Shown here in pieces: positions 35,601 to 48,585 of a DNA stretch of 64,000 nt. Numbering within the stretch: position 1 is the stretch's first letter; each line of letters opens with the position of its first letter. The notes under the pieces are model-generated. The model was not told the DNA's origin and made no database searches. It saw only the letters and a program-made list of their open reading frames with translations. The stretch spans positions 67,538,190-67,602,189 of the forward strand of contig NC_068987.1 of NCBI RefSeq assembly GCF_001194135.2, read 5' to 3'. The translations under genes and the position numbers were made by a program. The stretch is from Octopus bimaculoides. Taxonomy: Eukaryota.

Positions 35601-37321
35601 TGGCGGTTTTATAATTATTTCAAAATTATGATACTATGATGCTAGNNNNNNNNNNNNNNNNNNNNNNNNNNNNNNNNNNNNNNNNNNNNNNNNNNNNNNN
35701 NNNNNNNNNNNNNNNNNNNNNNNNNNNNNNNNNNNNNNNNNNNNNNNNNNNNNNNNNNNNNNNNNNNNNNNNNNNNNNNNNNNNNNNNNNNNNNNNNNNN
35801 NNNNNNNNNNNNNNNNNNNNNNNNNNNNNNNNNNNNNNNNNNNNNNNTTTTATTCTGACGATGAATATTTGCGATACTTTCACGGAGTTATATGTGCTTC
35901 CAAACTCATTGTAGCAATTAATTCACTTCCTATTTTTATATATGAACCTCCATTCGTACTAAGCAAGGGAAATGTATGACTATCCTAGCATTCATAATGT
36001 TTCCATCACTTCACTATTTCTGAAAAAATAATAAAATGAGATTGAGATAAAATGAATAGGATCCATTTCATCTCAATCTCATTTTATCTTCTATTACAAA
36101 TTTTTAGGGTGATTAGGGAGATTCTGTAACCGGAACAAGAAGATTGGTTTTCTACCTAAGCATAAGTTTCATAGACTACAAATTATAAATATCCACACTA
36201 CCGCACTTGAAACATATCTGTTATAATTCTTTATCTCGATTTGAATGTACGTGAAGGTATTTACAATGCCCAAACTTATTTCTGCAAATGAGCTAAGCAC
36301 CGATACTGATCATAGTTTAATCAATAAGAGTAAGAGCAAGGTAAATGTAGTAAAAATACGGAGGGTCAGTGGGGCCCCATTTACGCGGCCCTTCAGAAAT
36401 TGCCCTCCCCCTTGAGATAATCCCTGGGAGTTCATGGTAAGATATTCATTGTCATTGCTCCAGTGCCATGTATTTAATTTAAACTGCAGTAAAAATAAGT
36501 GTGCCAGTGGGGCCCCAATTAGGCGGCTCTTAAAAATAAAACTCCCTTAGGACATTCCCTGGGATTAGGGGAATAGCTGGTTTCAGTTTCGTTGTCCTTG
36601 CACCAACAGACTAGGTGGAGTTAATGAACATAAAAACGTAACGGACACAGAAACATCACTCAAATTTATTTAAAGATGTAACTCACGTACACCTTAATTT
36701 TTTACCCATTTGTAGAAATATTCTTGGTATATTTTTGTACCACTCTGTCTCTTTCCTTTACTTTGCTTCTCTTAATTTCCTTTCTCTCTCTCTCTCTCTC
36801 TCTCTGTTTACCTCCTCCCACTATCACATGACCCGTGTATCCAATATAGTACATAGAACAGTCTTCTATGTACTATATTGGATACACGGTGATCGTTTGG
36901 TATGTTGATTCTCTGTTTGCTGCTATTTTTCTTGACCATATTATACTGACGAGTAGAAGTTGCATAATACTACAATAACTACGAAATCATGTTCTATAAT
37001 TCAGTCTGTTTTTAAGGGGCTGGCTTTGAGAGTTGCATTTCCTCGCGTTCGGTAAAAATGTGTTTTTTATGGTAGTCTAACCTTAGAGGCTCTCATAGCG
37101 TGAGGTATTCTTGTATAGTAATGTCCTTATTTAAATAAATATATTTTGGGAATATATATANNNNNNNNNNNNNNNNNNNNNNNNNNNNNNNNNNNNNNNN
37201 NNNNNNNNNNNNNNNNNNNNNNNNNNNNNNNNNNNNNNNNNNNNNNNNNNNNNNNNNNNNNNNNNNNNNNNNNNNNNNNNNNNNNNNNNNNNNNNNNNNN
37301 NNNNNNNNNNNNNNNNNNNNN

Positions 37322-37535
37322 TGTGTGTGCGTGCGTGCGTGTGTGTCTGTCCTCCCAACGTCGCTTGACAACTGATGTTGGTGTGCATTTGTCCCCGTAA
37401 CTTAGTGGTTCGGTAAAAGAGACTGATAGAATAAGTACTAGGCTTACAAAAAATAAGTCCTGGGATCGACTTGTTCCACTAAAGGCGGTGCTCCAGCATG
37501 TCCACAGTCAAATGACTGAAACAAATGAAAGAATA
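37322..37535 (+). mobile_element. SINE family B, 3' half (5' half lost in gap)
   Basis: CGCTTGACAAC..GGCGGTGCTCCAGCATG..CAGTCAAATGACTGAAAC. Confidence 0.9.
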
Positions 37536-37858
37536 ACAGAATAAAAGAAGATATATATATATATATGTATATATATATATGTATATATATGTATATATAA
37601 GTATATATGTATGCATATGTGTGTATGTACGTATATATGTATGTAGGTATAATCTGAATATCAATAATAACTACAATAAGGACAAAGGCAGAAAAAACAA
37701 TGTTACAATTATTCAAACCTCCAGAGAAAAAAATGAAATATTGTGACTATTTGTTACCTGTATTGTAATATGGTCGATTGATTTGCTCCGATCGGCGTCA
37801 TAGAGAGGTACTAATGCAATTCCATTGTATCAGCAAACAATAACAATAACACTCTTTA

Positions 37859-37859
<1 letters not shown>

Positions 37860-37946
<87 letters not shown>
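37860..37946. repeat. Long (AT)n microsatellite
   Basis: Direct inspection. Confidence 0.95.
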
Positions 37947-37949
<3 letters not shown>

Positions 37950-39049
37950 TGCTATCTTGCTATCTTAGTAATGAAAGCAGATCATACATATCAAATACTA
38001 TTCAGCAATCACGTTTATTTATTGTGTAATGCTTAAGACTACTATGCGTATTTTATCACGGTTCCTTTTTTCATTGTAAACAACCTTATAAAACGTCAGA
38101 GGTATCGAGTACAACACCATTTGATACTATAATCACTTGATTGAAGAAATGATTAAGATGGCGTCGATTCATTTGAAGAAGTGATTAAGCGGTGGTCGAT
38201 TTATTGGCACAGGCTTCGATGCCAGACTCATCGATTACGTACTAATTGATACAAATACTTGCTATACGAAATCGTGTCCATTTGCTTGCATTGGGATTTC
38301 TATATTTAGGGCCATTGCAAGCTTAATTGTATTAATTTAATCCAAACATTACTTTGTATAAACCATGAGTAATACTCTGAAAGGAACTTAAAATGAAATG
38401 TAGCACCTATAGCTTTGACAAGATTAACCGTTTAAGCGAGATATCCAACATATATAACAGACGTAAGTAAGCATTTGTAAAATTTGCCTTCTTTCTACAA
38501 ACAAGCAAGCAACTAACCACATAACCATCACACTCAATAACAAAACTTCTATAACGAAATCAGCGTTGCTCAAACAGTACCACTAAATCACGTCTTAACA
38601 TCTTTCCAAAAGGAGAAATTACTGGTTAATGTAGCGTTATACATTTAAACTGAATAAAGAATGGAATAGTCAGAGTTGGAACGCTTTTCGTCATAAATAC
38701 TTACCGAAACTTGCTGTGGACTAAACAGAATAAGCAACTTAAATGTATCATTTAATCAAAATGCATAAATATTGACAGCTACATATACTGTCTTTAAAAT
38801 ATTCAACTCACACACAAAGAAACTAAAAAGGAAAAACGAAACACTAGTAGTATTATATAGTTTATAACAGTCTTGCTGCGGCCTCTGATTACGGACCGAA
38901 AACTCAATGTAACAAAACAGAGCACTTCGGATCATTGCCAGATACGTACTAGTCAACACGAGTCCCAAGCGACACATATAGAAGCATGCCCCCCTAGAGA
39001 ATGAAGATAAAAGAGTCTTCTGTACAAACAATAGTAGCAAGATATATAT

Positions 39050-39088
<39 letters not shown>

Positions 39089-39200
39089 NNNNNNNNNNNN
39101 NNNNNNNNNNNNNNNNNNNNNNNNNNNNNNNNNNNNNNNNNNNNNNNNNNNNNNNNNNNNNNNNNNNNNNNNNNNNNNNNNNNNNNNNNNNNNNNNNNNN

Positions 39201-39231
<31 letters not shown>

Positions 39232-39934
39232 ATGCATGTGTGTATGTATGTATGTATGTATGTATGTATGTATGTATGTATGCTACTCTATACTTGTATG
39301 TATTTGCATGCATGCACGCACGTACGCTCAAACACAAGTACATACAGACCTATATATTAGTGCATGTCTGTATAAAATCTTCATTATGCTTTAAGTATAT
39401 TTCGGAGTTTTGTCAATATTTGACGCTAAAAATTCAGTAAACTAGTGATTGGCCTATTGAAAATGTTTAACCAACAATGGCGATTATAAAACATAAAACG
39501 TTTATATGAAATGGGACAGGAAAACTATCTTAAATTATTATATTGATATATTAATCGCTATTATTTTTCTCCCATTTTTATCGCTGAAGCTAATGATCAG
39601 TGAACAGCATATGGGTGTTTCACAGAACACACCTTGCTCGTCATCATAAATCATTTAGCTAACATTACTTCATTGATTTTAAAAAGATATTCATTGTTCC
39701 CATAAAGAGGTAGATGTATTTCCTAGGTGCAGCTGTGGTGTCTTCGATAATGAACAAAATAGTCAAGCTCATCCCATCAAATAGTCGATTTGAGAGTCTT
39801 TGTACCAAAAGAAATGTAAGGATCTATCTATCTATCTATCTATCTAACTTTCTATCTGTCTGTCTGTCTGTCTGTCCTTCTGTCTCTGTTTGTCTGTCTC
39901 TCTGTCTATATGTGCGTGTGTGTGCACGCGCGCG

Positions 39935-39984
<50 letters not shown>

Positions 39985-40257
39985 TATATATATATATATT
40001 TCTGTCACATGACACCATGAAGACTGCTAGAAAGCAGGAAAGTATACTAGTCCTTCAATATTTAATATTTAATATTCAATATTTTATTTATTCAAAAGAC
40101 ATTCTATGGTTCATTTCATCTTACTTATACTATATATATTCCATATTCTATATCCCACATTAATTTCATAAGACTATAACTAAAACATAAAAGACAGAGC
40201 TGGAATTCTTTTGAATAATAATATATTCCTCTATACACTATCATACAAACCCCTTTT

Positions 40258-40307
<50 letters not shown>

Positions 40308-40729
40308 GTATATATAAGTTACAAACAGTTAGTCACGAGACTAGACCAGGTACCTAAAATCCAACATCAAACGAATGCCCGGAAATTCCAGGCAAACAAA
40401 AGTTAACTCACGGAAAGGCTACCATCGAACAAATAAAAGCACGTACAATAAAATGATAGGTGAACAGTCGGCTGTTTACGGCGCAGGAACATTTATAAAA
40501 TAGTTATACAGAACTGGTCCCGTCTCTCTCATTTGTAAATCTTCCATCGACGCTCGTCTCACTCTTTCGTTCTTCTTGTTCTTCTTTATATTCATCTATT
40601 GATTCACTTCTAATATTAATTCCCATGTTTCTTTAATTCTGTTATTCTATTACATCCGCCCCTTCTATCATTCATGATGAGTTAATGTATGTGCATGTCC
40701 GGCATTCGCCATGGTAGATCGCTTTTCTA

Positions 40730-40860
40730 TTTTCTCTCTCTATTTATTTCTGTGTTCCTTTCTGTCGAAGAGCGTAGGCTCGAAATATAAAAGACTTTCT
40801 CACTTCCCGAGCGTTATACTAATACATTTGTTTGTAGTTTACACACCCGTTTTCATAATT
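40730..40860 (+). mobile_element. Penelope-like pseudo-LTR remnant containing a minimal hammerhead-like motif
   Basis: CTTT-CTGTCGA-A-GAGC-GTAG-GCTC-GAAA-TAT-A-AAAG; minimal hammerheads are established features of Penelope-like element pLTRs. Confidence 0.5.
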
Positions 40861-40942
40861 TTTTTTTTNNNNNNNNNNNNNNNNNNNNNNNNNNNNNNNN
40901 NNNNNNNNNNNNNNNNNNNNNNNNNNNNNNNNNNNNNNNNNN

Positions 40943-40977
<35 letters not shown>

Positions 40978-41059
40978 CTTGAACTGGACTCATTTCCTAA
41001 TTCTCGTGAGTGTTGTATTACTCAAGTACGGATTAAGAAGGTCAATGCTTGAAGCGCTT

Positions 41060-41262
41060 AGGGCGGATTGTTGGAAGAGACGTTAGCACGCCGGGTCAAA
41101 TGCTTAGCGGCATTTCATCTGTTTGGAGTTCTAATTCTGCCGAAGTCTACTTTGCCCTTCGGGTCCAATAATATAAATACCAGTCGATCACTGAGTTCAA
41201 TGTAATCGACTTACCGACTACCCGAAGTTGCTAGCCTTGTACCAAAATTTGATACCAATATT
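41060..41262 (+). mobile_element. SINE family A
   Basis: CGTTAGCACGCCGGGTCAAATGCTTAGCGGCATTTC; TGTAATCGACTTAC; CCTTGTACCAAAATTTGA. Confidence 0.85.
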
Positions 41263-41690
41263 GGAAGTGTTTGGCCGTCCAGATCGAGGAATATCTGCAT
41301 GAAAAATATTCCCGAGTGAAACTGGCCAAACTTTCGTTAACATATCTTGGCACTAAAATCCCCATTTCCATAAGCAGAACGAATATTTCTGTCGTTTCCA
41401 TTGCAGAAGAGTCTCCAATGAGTTCATAGAACATGTAGCGTCTGATATGTGTTTCTGCTCTTGACTCATTTTAAAAAAGGGGTAATAATCTATATGAATT
41501 TGACTATTATTTTATAAAATGATACGAAAAGGAAGAAGAAAATTGTAATTATAATATAAGAATTAATGTTTATTTGCCCTAAGTGTTGAAAATCTTCCCT
41601 TAAAAGGATCATATAAAAAATGCGCAAGTACTTTTTCTAATGCTAACACACACACAGAGACACACGCACAGGCAAACACTCGTACACATA

Positions 41691-41734
<44 letters not shown>

Positions 41735-41761
41735 CATACACACATACATATATTATATACA

Positions 41762-42190
41762 GGCGCAGGAGTGACTGTGTGTTAAATAGCTTGATTACCA
41801 ACCACATGGTTCCGAGTTCAGTCTCTTTGCGTGGCACCTAGTGTGTGGATTAGGTAGACGGAAACTGGAAGAGGCCCGTCGTACATATATATATGTGTGT
41901 GTGTGTGTGTATTTGTGTGTGTGTTTGTTTGTGTGTGTGTGTGTATGCGTGTATATGCTTGTGTGTCTGTGTTTGTCCTTCCAATATAGCTAGACAACCG
42001 ATGCTGGTGTGTTTACGTCCCCGAAACTTAGCGGTTCGGCAAAAGAGACCGATAGAATAAGTACTAGGCTTACAAAGAATAAGTCCTGGGATTGATTTGC
42101 TCGACTAAAGGCAGTGCCCCAGCATGACCGCAGTCAAATGACTGAAACAGGTAAAAGAATAATAAGAATAATAAAAGAATAAGAATAATA
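41762..42190 (+). mobile_element. SINE family B, young-looking, with short internal deletion and (AAGAATAAT)n tail
   Basis: GGCGCAGGAGTGACTGTGTG head, GGTTCCGAGTTCAGTC B box; lacks the GGCAAGT..AAAGCCTT segment present at 16984. Confidence 0.92.
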
Positions 42191-45100
42191 ACGAGTAATC
42201 CAGCATTGTATATGCTTTCTTTTTAGAATATTTTTGTATTTTTGAACGAGTCTGTAAACTACATTATAAGATTTATCTATAATTTCTTTACACACGTTGA
42301 AACAGAAGAAAAGCTAGGATGGTATTTATTAGTTTTAAATCTGAATAAGTTTGCTAAGCAATGTCAAATGTCAATGAACAAACGGTCACTGACATTTTTT
42401 TTTTACGCGGAGATATAATAAATGCTCTGAACGCAGTTGGAATTTCTGATTGCAGTTATTTCGTTCAACTTACATCAATGATATCAATAACATAGCTACC
42501 TCTAAACATCCAAATGTATTGCTAACATATGCAGTGTGGGGAGAAATTAAAAGCAGTTTAGTGCATACGAAACAAATGAAAACTCCATCATGCATACATT
42601 CGAACCAACAATAATGTTAAAAACATCTATAAGCCTATAGAAATATTCACACTATAAAAATGATTTCTTTGAAATATTCATATGCTGTTAGTGAAATTAT
42701 CATGTCACACCGTGCTAAGATCATTTATACACTGCCAAAACCCCTGTCGATATCTAAAATGATGTTTGTTGGACTGAGGCAGAGATAATTGTTTTAGTCA
42801 TAGAGAGAGCACTGCAAATGTAACGTGATACAAACTCTAAACGCATGAGTCGAGATAGCTGATGTTTCTCAGAATGATAGTCAGCTTTATGAATATTAAA
42901 AAAATAACCGTTCTAGAATGTAAATGGAAGATAAAAGAGTGAGAATCAGTATGATGGTATTTGTTTTGACATTGGTATTTTTGGCTTTGTTGTCGGTTGT
43001 GTACAGAAATCTTCATAGTACTGGTGGTGGAAACAAAAGTTTATCCTTATTTGTGTGAGGATACGACGAATGAAACTCTTACTGCTTTGAAGAATCAAAG
43101 TTTAAAAAATACCGGAAATAAAAAGATAATGTAAATATTTACATAAAACAAAATACGCGGCGCATTTATATGCGCAGGAAGTATCAACATGCGAAAAAAC
43201 ATTATGTATAACAATAACAGGAACAAAATCAATCGTGAGCCAAACAAAAAGGAAAGAATAGTTTTTACAAGCTCATCTTTAAAAACTATTTGACTGCCTC
43301 TAAGCATTTGATCTAATCCAAAAAAGATAACGTAAATACGGATATTTTTTTCTCAAATTCTCTGAGNNNNNNNNNNAATACGGATATTTTTTCTCAAATT
43401 CTCTGAGGCTTCTTCAGTTTCAGTCATTGAAAACTAAGTTACAAAGAATGTATTTCAACTTTTCAAAGCGCACACGACACAGTGAATCCGACAAGGAGAA
43501 CAATTTAGTAAAATTTTGCATAAAAATTGTGATACGAATCTGATTCTTTAATGTGTGTAGTTCATGCTGCATTGGCTATGTCTTTTTTTTTTTTGCCTTC
43601 TTAGGGTAGTTTTGATTTCATTCTTTGTATCTTTCTGTGGGCTGAAGAGACATGTGTATAAACAAAACGGTTGGGAAAATTGAATCTATGTTATTTTAGA
43701 AAAACTAATAAAGATTATTTATCACACTAGTTCCATTAATCTCTGTTTTTAGCGATTATTGTTTGTTAACTAATACAACGTTTCCGATGATCACACATTC
43801 AATGTAGTAAATACTATAATTTAATACTTGGAACTAAATCATCAACAACTGCAACAAAATCTACTACAGCATAATTGCAAAAATAAAAAAAAAATTATAA
43901 CAAATTTATAAGTAAACTAAAATGATTGACAAACAAGGACAGCGTTATTCTGAGAGGAAATTTAAATGTAGCTATCATGGAATTTATGTAGAAATTTATC
44001 CACAAAAAGTGAATGAAAAATCTGTTCATATAAAGTATTAGTATTTACTAGGAAAAAATGATGTATTATTTAATCGAAAATCATATTGAAAAGTAATTGG
44101 CTTTTGAGCCATTGAAGCCATTGTGTTTTGGGGCTGGATCGAAGAAAGTCATCCACGTAGACGATATATCTGTTCTCGTTAGAATGGAAAGTCAATACTG
44201 TACAATAAAGTAACATTCAACAATCATCATAAAAGAAATTGTAGGTACTTATACTGATGAATCCATTCTATTGACTGATTGAACCAATATTAAAAAAGCT
44301 AGGCTGCAAANNNNNNNNNNNNNNNNNNNNNNNNNNNNNNNNNNNNNNNNNNNNNNNNNNNNNNNNNNNNNNNNNNNNNNNNNNNNNNNNNNNNNNNNNN
44401 NNNNNNNNNNNNNNNNNNNNNNNNNNNNNNNNNNNNNNNNNNNNNNNNNNNNNNNNNNNNNNNNNNNNNNNNNNNNNNNNNNNNNNNNNNNNNNNNNNNN
44501 NNNNNNNNNNNNNNNNNNNNNNNNNNNNNNNNNNNNNNNNNNNNNNNNNNNNNNNNNNNNNNNNNNNNNNNNNNNNNNNNNNNNNNNNNNNNNNNNNNNN
44601 NNNNNNNNNNNNNNNNNNNNNNNNNNNNNNNNNNNNNNNNNNNNNNNNNNNNNNNNNNNNNNNNNNNNNNNNNNNNNNNNNNNNNNNNNNNNNNNNNNNN
44701 NNNNNNNNNNNNNNNNNNNNNNNNNNNNNNNNNNNNNNNNNNNNNNNNNNNNNNNNNNNNNNNNNNNNNNNNNNNNNNNNNNNNNNNNNNNNNNNNNNNN
44801 NNNNNNNNNNNNNNNNNNNNNNNNNNNNNNNNNNNNNNNNNNNNTCTTAAATGGTAATCACTTAGTTATAATAGTTGGTTTCTCCTATAAAGTTTGTAGT
44901 AACAAAGCAAACGGATAATTTTATGTGTCATACATAGCTTTTCCCATTTTATATTGGCTTTTATTTTGTTATGAATAGAGATTCCACAGATAATCTTTCA
45001 ATTTTCTTTTTATTCCAGCGAAATCCCATATATGGTATTAGTGTTACCAATTATTTTTTTCTCTTGTTAGATTGCTGTTTTGTCTCGTGTTCTTAATCAC

Positions 45101-45559
45101 AATGTGTTTTGATTGTTTCGTGTAAACGCACTGAACACACTCTGGAAAGTTTCGAATCAATGTGTACTAGCAAAAGTCATGAGGTTTACAATTTTTGGTA
45201 AAAATTGAAACTTGCACATTACTCTGCTGGAATCAATAAACAAAAAGAGTTCTGTGTCTACAGTGTACTTTTGATACGTGTTAGCAGTAATATTTTATGT
45301 ATTGGTATCTTTCTAATATTCTCGATCGCTGAACATGATGTTAGGTACAGTGGGCCATGCAGCTGTGAAACCAGTCTCATTAACGGTTTTGAGATAAAAG
45401 TTCACATCTGATATTAAAGTGGACTCAAGTGACAAGCTGACACGAATAACGATGTTTTTTCGAAACATCATCACTAGGGAGGTCAGTAACCAAAGCTAAA
45501 GTGCCTCTTTAACCATAAGATAGAATTAAGATCACCTATTGTTATTATGTAAACAATGA

Positions 45560-46560
45560 CAACCCTTTCGTGAGCCAAGTAACGAATGAGTTGCGTACAA
45601 GTAGCAACAACAACATCAGCAACACCATCAACAACCGCAATAATAAAGGTGACAACAACAACAACAAAAGCAACAAAAACAATGACGGAGCTGAGACACA
45701 AACCGGTGCAACGACTTGGATTAGTTCTTCTAAACTACCATCTGCTGGAGTAGGTAGCCAAGTCATCTCGTCAGAGAATACAATTCTCTGAAGTGGAACT
45801 TTAAAATGCTAGACAGCTAGTCGAGAAAGACGGAATAGCTGTAAAAGTAATTACCCCCATTGAGACAATCCAGGTTACGATACACCGCACAGTGACGTAC
45901 CGAACAATCAGTTTAAAATGATGGAGAGTGGAAAGAACCTTAGGTTCCGTCTGGAATCTAAAAGAATATATATAGAGAGGAAGGACCTATGGAATGGTGG
46001 ACGTTCGATTCCGCATCGAGGAAGAAGCTAAACACTCTTTGCATCCCCTCAAAAGCGAGGAGCTGTTGTTAGTTCCATTCTATTGCGATCAGAGACGAGC
46101 CAAAATCATAATTCAACAGGTTCCACCAGAAATAGCCATTCCTGCAGTGACGATAGACATCGAGGAAAACTCGAAAATCCTCGAATCTTATCAGAGAACT
46201 GGACTGGGATGACCATAGAACTCCTCATACAAACGACACAAAAAATGTGGATTTCATCCTGGATCAGATCCTTCTTCCAGGAGGCAACATAATTCCAGTC
46301 AGGGTGGATGGAAGGAAAGCAAAGTGCCACATTTGCTTTTCAACTAACCATTTAAAAGCCGGTTCTACTCAGAGTCCTTCAATATGGTTTCTTTAAGCAA
46401 GATGAACGAAGCACCAATCATTCCAGGGATGAATTATTCAAACCCCAAAGAATTCTTTTCAGCACATGGCTATGATATTCCCCCGCCACAACTGCTCGCA
46501 TATCGTCGGTCACAAAGGAACATGCTCAACAGGCTAATACCACGCAAATGACGGGAAAAT
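45560..46560 (+). mobile_element. Decayed Tx1/L1-like LINE ORF1 relic
   Basis: (CAA)-rich leader, VDVRFRIEEEAKHSLHPLKSEELLLVPFYCDQRRAKIIIQQVPPEI, then GGNIIPVRVDGRKAKCHICFSTNHLKA (CX2CX4H knuckle); frameshifted. Confidence 0.55.
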
Positions 46561-46704
46561 CTGTGCTGTGCAAATCTGTATTTAGTAGAATATTTGCTGT
46601 AGCCCATCTTTTACACCTAGAGAAAATATGTACATGATAACACTTCAAATAATTTAATATCAAAAGTTGTAAGAGCCACTGCCTGGAATTGTATCAGGGC
46701 ATTA

Positions 46705-46757
<53 letters not shown>

Positions 46758-46787
46758 TGCTGCTGCTGCATCCCCAGTAGTAGTAGC

Positions 46788-46820
<33 letters not shown>
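46705..46820. repeat. (ACT)n and (AGT)n arrays in inverted orientation around a 24-nt spacer
   Basis: Direct inspection. Confidence 0.95.
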
Positions 46821-46821
<1 letters not shown>

Positions 46822-48171
46822 TGCCACAAGTGAAACTACTTATGAAATATATTCCTCGTAGTCATAGCTTACATAAATGTTCTTTTAATTTTGTTTCAAT
46901 AATTTACTTGGCAACTCATAAAAACCTCAGCAGACAATGGATTTTGAAATCAATTTGTAATAACATAAAATGAGAAAAACAACATCTTTTGCAGTTACCA
47001 ATTACATCTCATATAATTACAAAAAGATTAAAAGAAAAAAAGTAAAAACAAATGATTAATATTGTAATGTGTATCATAAAGATTAAATCTGGTGTCAGCC
47101 AAAATCTGGCGACAAATTGGAATTATGTGTCGTCACACTATATTACGTACAGTTTTATACGGTATTTGGTAAAAATCTTTCCTTAATGGGATATCTCTAG
47201 TAATTAGAAAATCTCTTGGGTGCCACTGGCCAGATCTTTATAGCAGAGTGCATGTATTGATACTGGTAAATGCAAATGTTCTTAAAGAAGCACTAATTTA
47301 ATGTTCTATTTAGAGGAGTGAGTTATATAAAAGATGCTGAGTGGCTTGCGAAATAAGTTGTCACCCTCTGCTTTTCGACACATATAATTAACTTACGCTC
47401 TGGCGGAATCTATCAATGAAAATGGTATTTCTCTTCAGCAAACTAAATTGATAATTTGTTCTTGTGACTTGGTCTATCATTTAAGCATCATTCACAAAGT
47501 GAAATGAGAAAACACCTCTGTGCGTCTGTAAGTGAAATACCAACAAACAGAGATAGATGTATTTCAAATTAAGTTAGCTGTACACTATACAGTTAAGAAT
47601 TGATAAGAGAGAAGAGTTTGAGAAACCTCTTTTTGATGGTGTATACTAATATTCACTGGTCAGCTTTAGTGCAGAAAGTAAATTAATTTTAAGAAATTTG
47701 TTCATTATTACTCTTTCGCTGGTTTTCAACCATTGGACTGCAGCTATACTAGGGCTTTACCATAACTGATTTGGGCCCTGGAGACGCATAACAAAGCTGT
47801 TGTGCAGCGGACGAAATCACTTTGTTACGAGGCAAGTTTCGTAACCATTAACGTATACCTGTATCTAAAGATAATCAACTTTTGAAATATGATATTGAAC
47901 AAAAATATATAAGAGCTGGTAAGAATATGCTTTCACTTTAACAAATTCAGTGATACAAAATGTTAAAGCCTCATATATATCGGATACTTACATAGTAACA
48001 GAGAAGATGCGCTTTTTTAAAAATATTTACTAGCTGTTAATGTTGTTCTTAAGCCCAGTGTGATCGAGGGGAACTGCCATCAACATCACTCCAGCTTTTT
48101 GTATATACAATACAGATTTTGCCCTTTTAAATTGAAAGGATAAAATCTGAAGAATATTTAGAGGAATCGTT

Positions 48172-48585
48172 TTTCTTTTTTCAGTCATGCATGGGCACTG
48201 CCTTGAAGGGTGTTAGCCGAATGAATTGACCCAAGGACTTATATTTATATTCATAAGTCTAGCACTGGTTCTATCTGTTACTTTTGCCGAACGGCTGTTA
48301 TGGGAACGTAAACACACCAACACCGGAGCCAAATGTTGGTAGTGGGTGAACACTGACACAAAGACACACGCACACACACATATGTACATACACGCACACA
48401 TACATACACATACGTATGTATATATGCACGACGGGCTTCTTTCAGTTTCCTTCTACCAAATCCACTCAAAAGGCTTTTGTCGGCCTGAGGCTATATTAGA
48501 AGACACTTTCCCGAGCTACCACAAAGTAAGACTTAGCCCAGAACCAGGTGGTTGCAAAGCGAGCTTCTTAGCACACAGCCAAAGC
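48172..48585 (-). mobile_element. SINE family B
   Basis: Reverse complement collinear with the 41762 copy (head, GAAACTGAAAGAAGCCCGTCG, (GT)n, GTTCGGCAAAAG, tail). Confidence 0.88.

Noticed and set aside
42924-43060. 44-aa signal-anchor-like ORF MEDKRVRISMMVFVLTLVFLALLSVVYRN and a distant LAFEPL motif suggesting a sulfotransferase pseudogene
   Set aside because: Hydrophobic run derives from a degenerate (GTT)n tract; no collinear catalytic motifs
43335-43410. ~31-bp duplication flanking a 10-N gap
   Set aside because: Assembly overlap artefact
47397-47473. Possible 77-nt minus-strand exon QVTRTNYQFSLLKRNTIFIDRFRQS with GTAAGT donor
   Set aside because: Weak acceptor context, no recognisable protein, no partner exons
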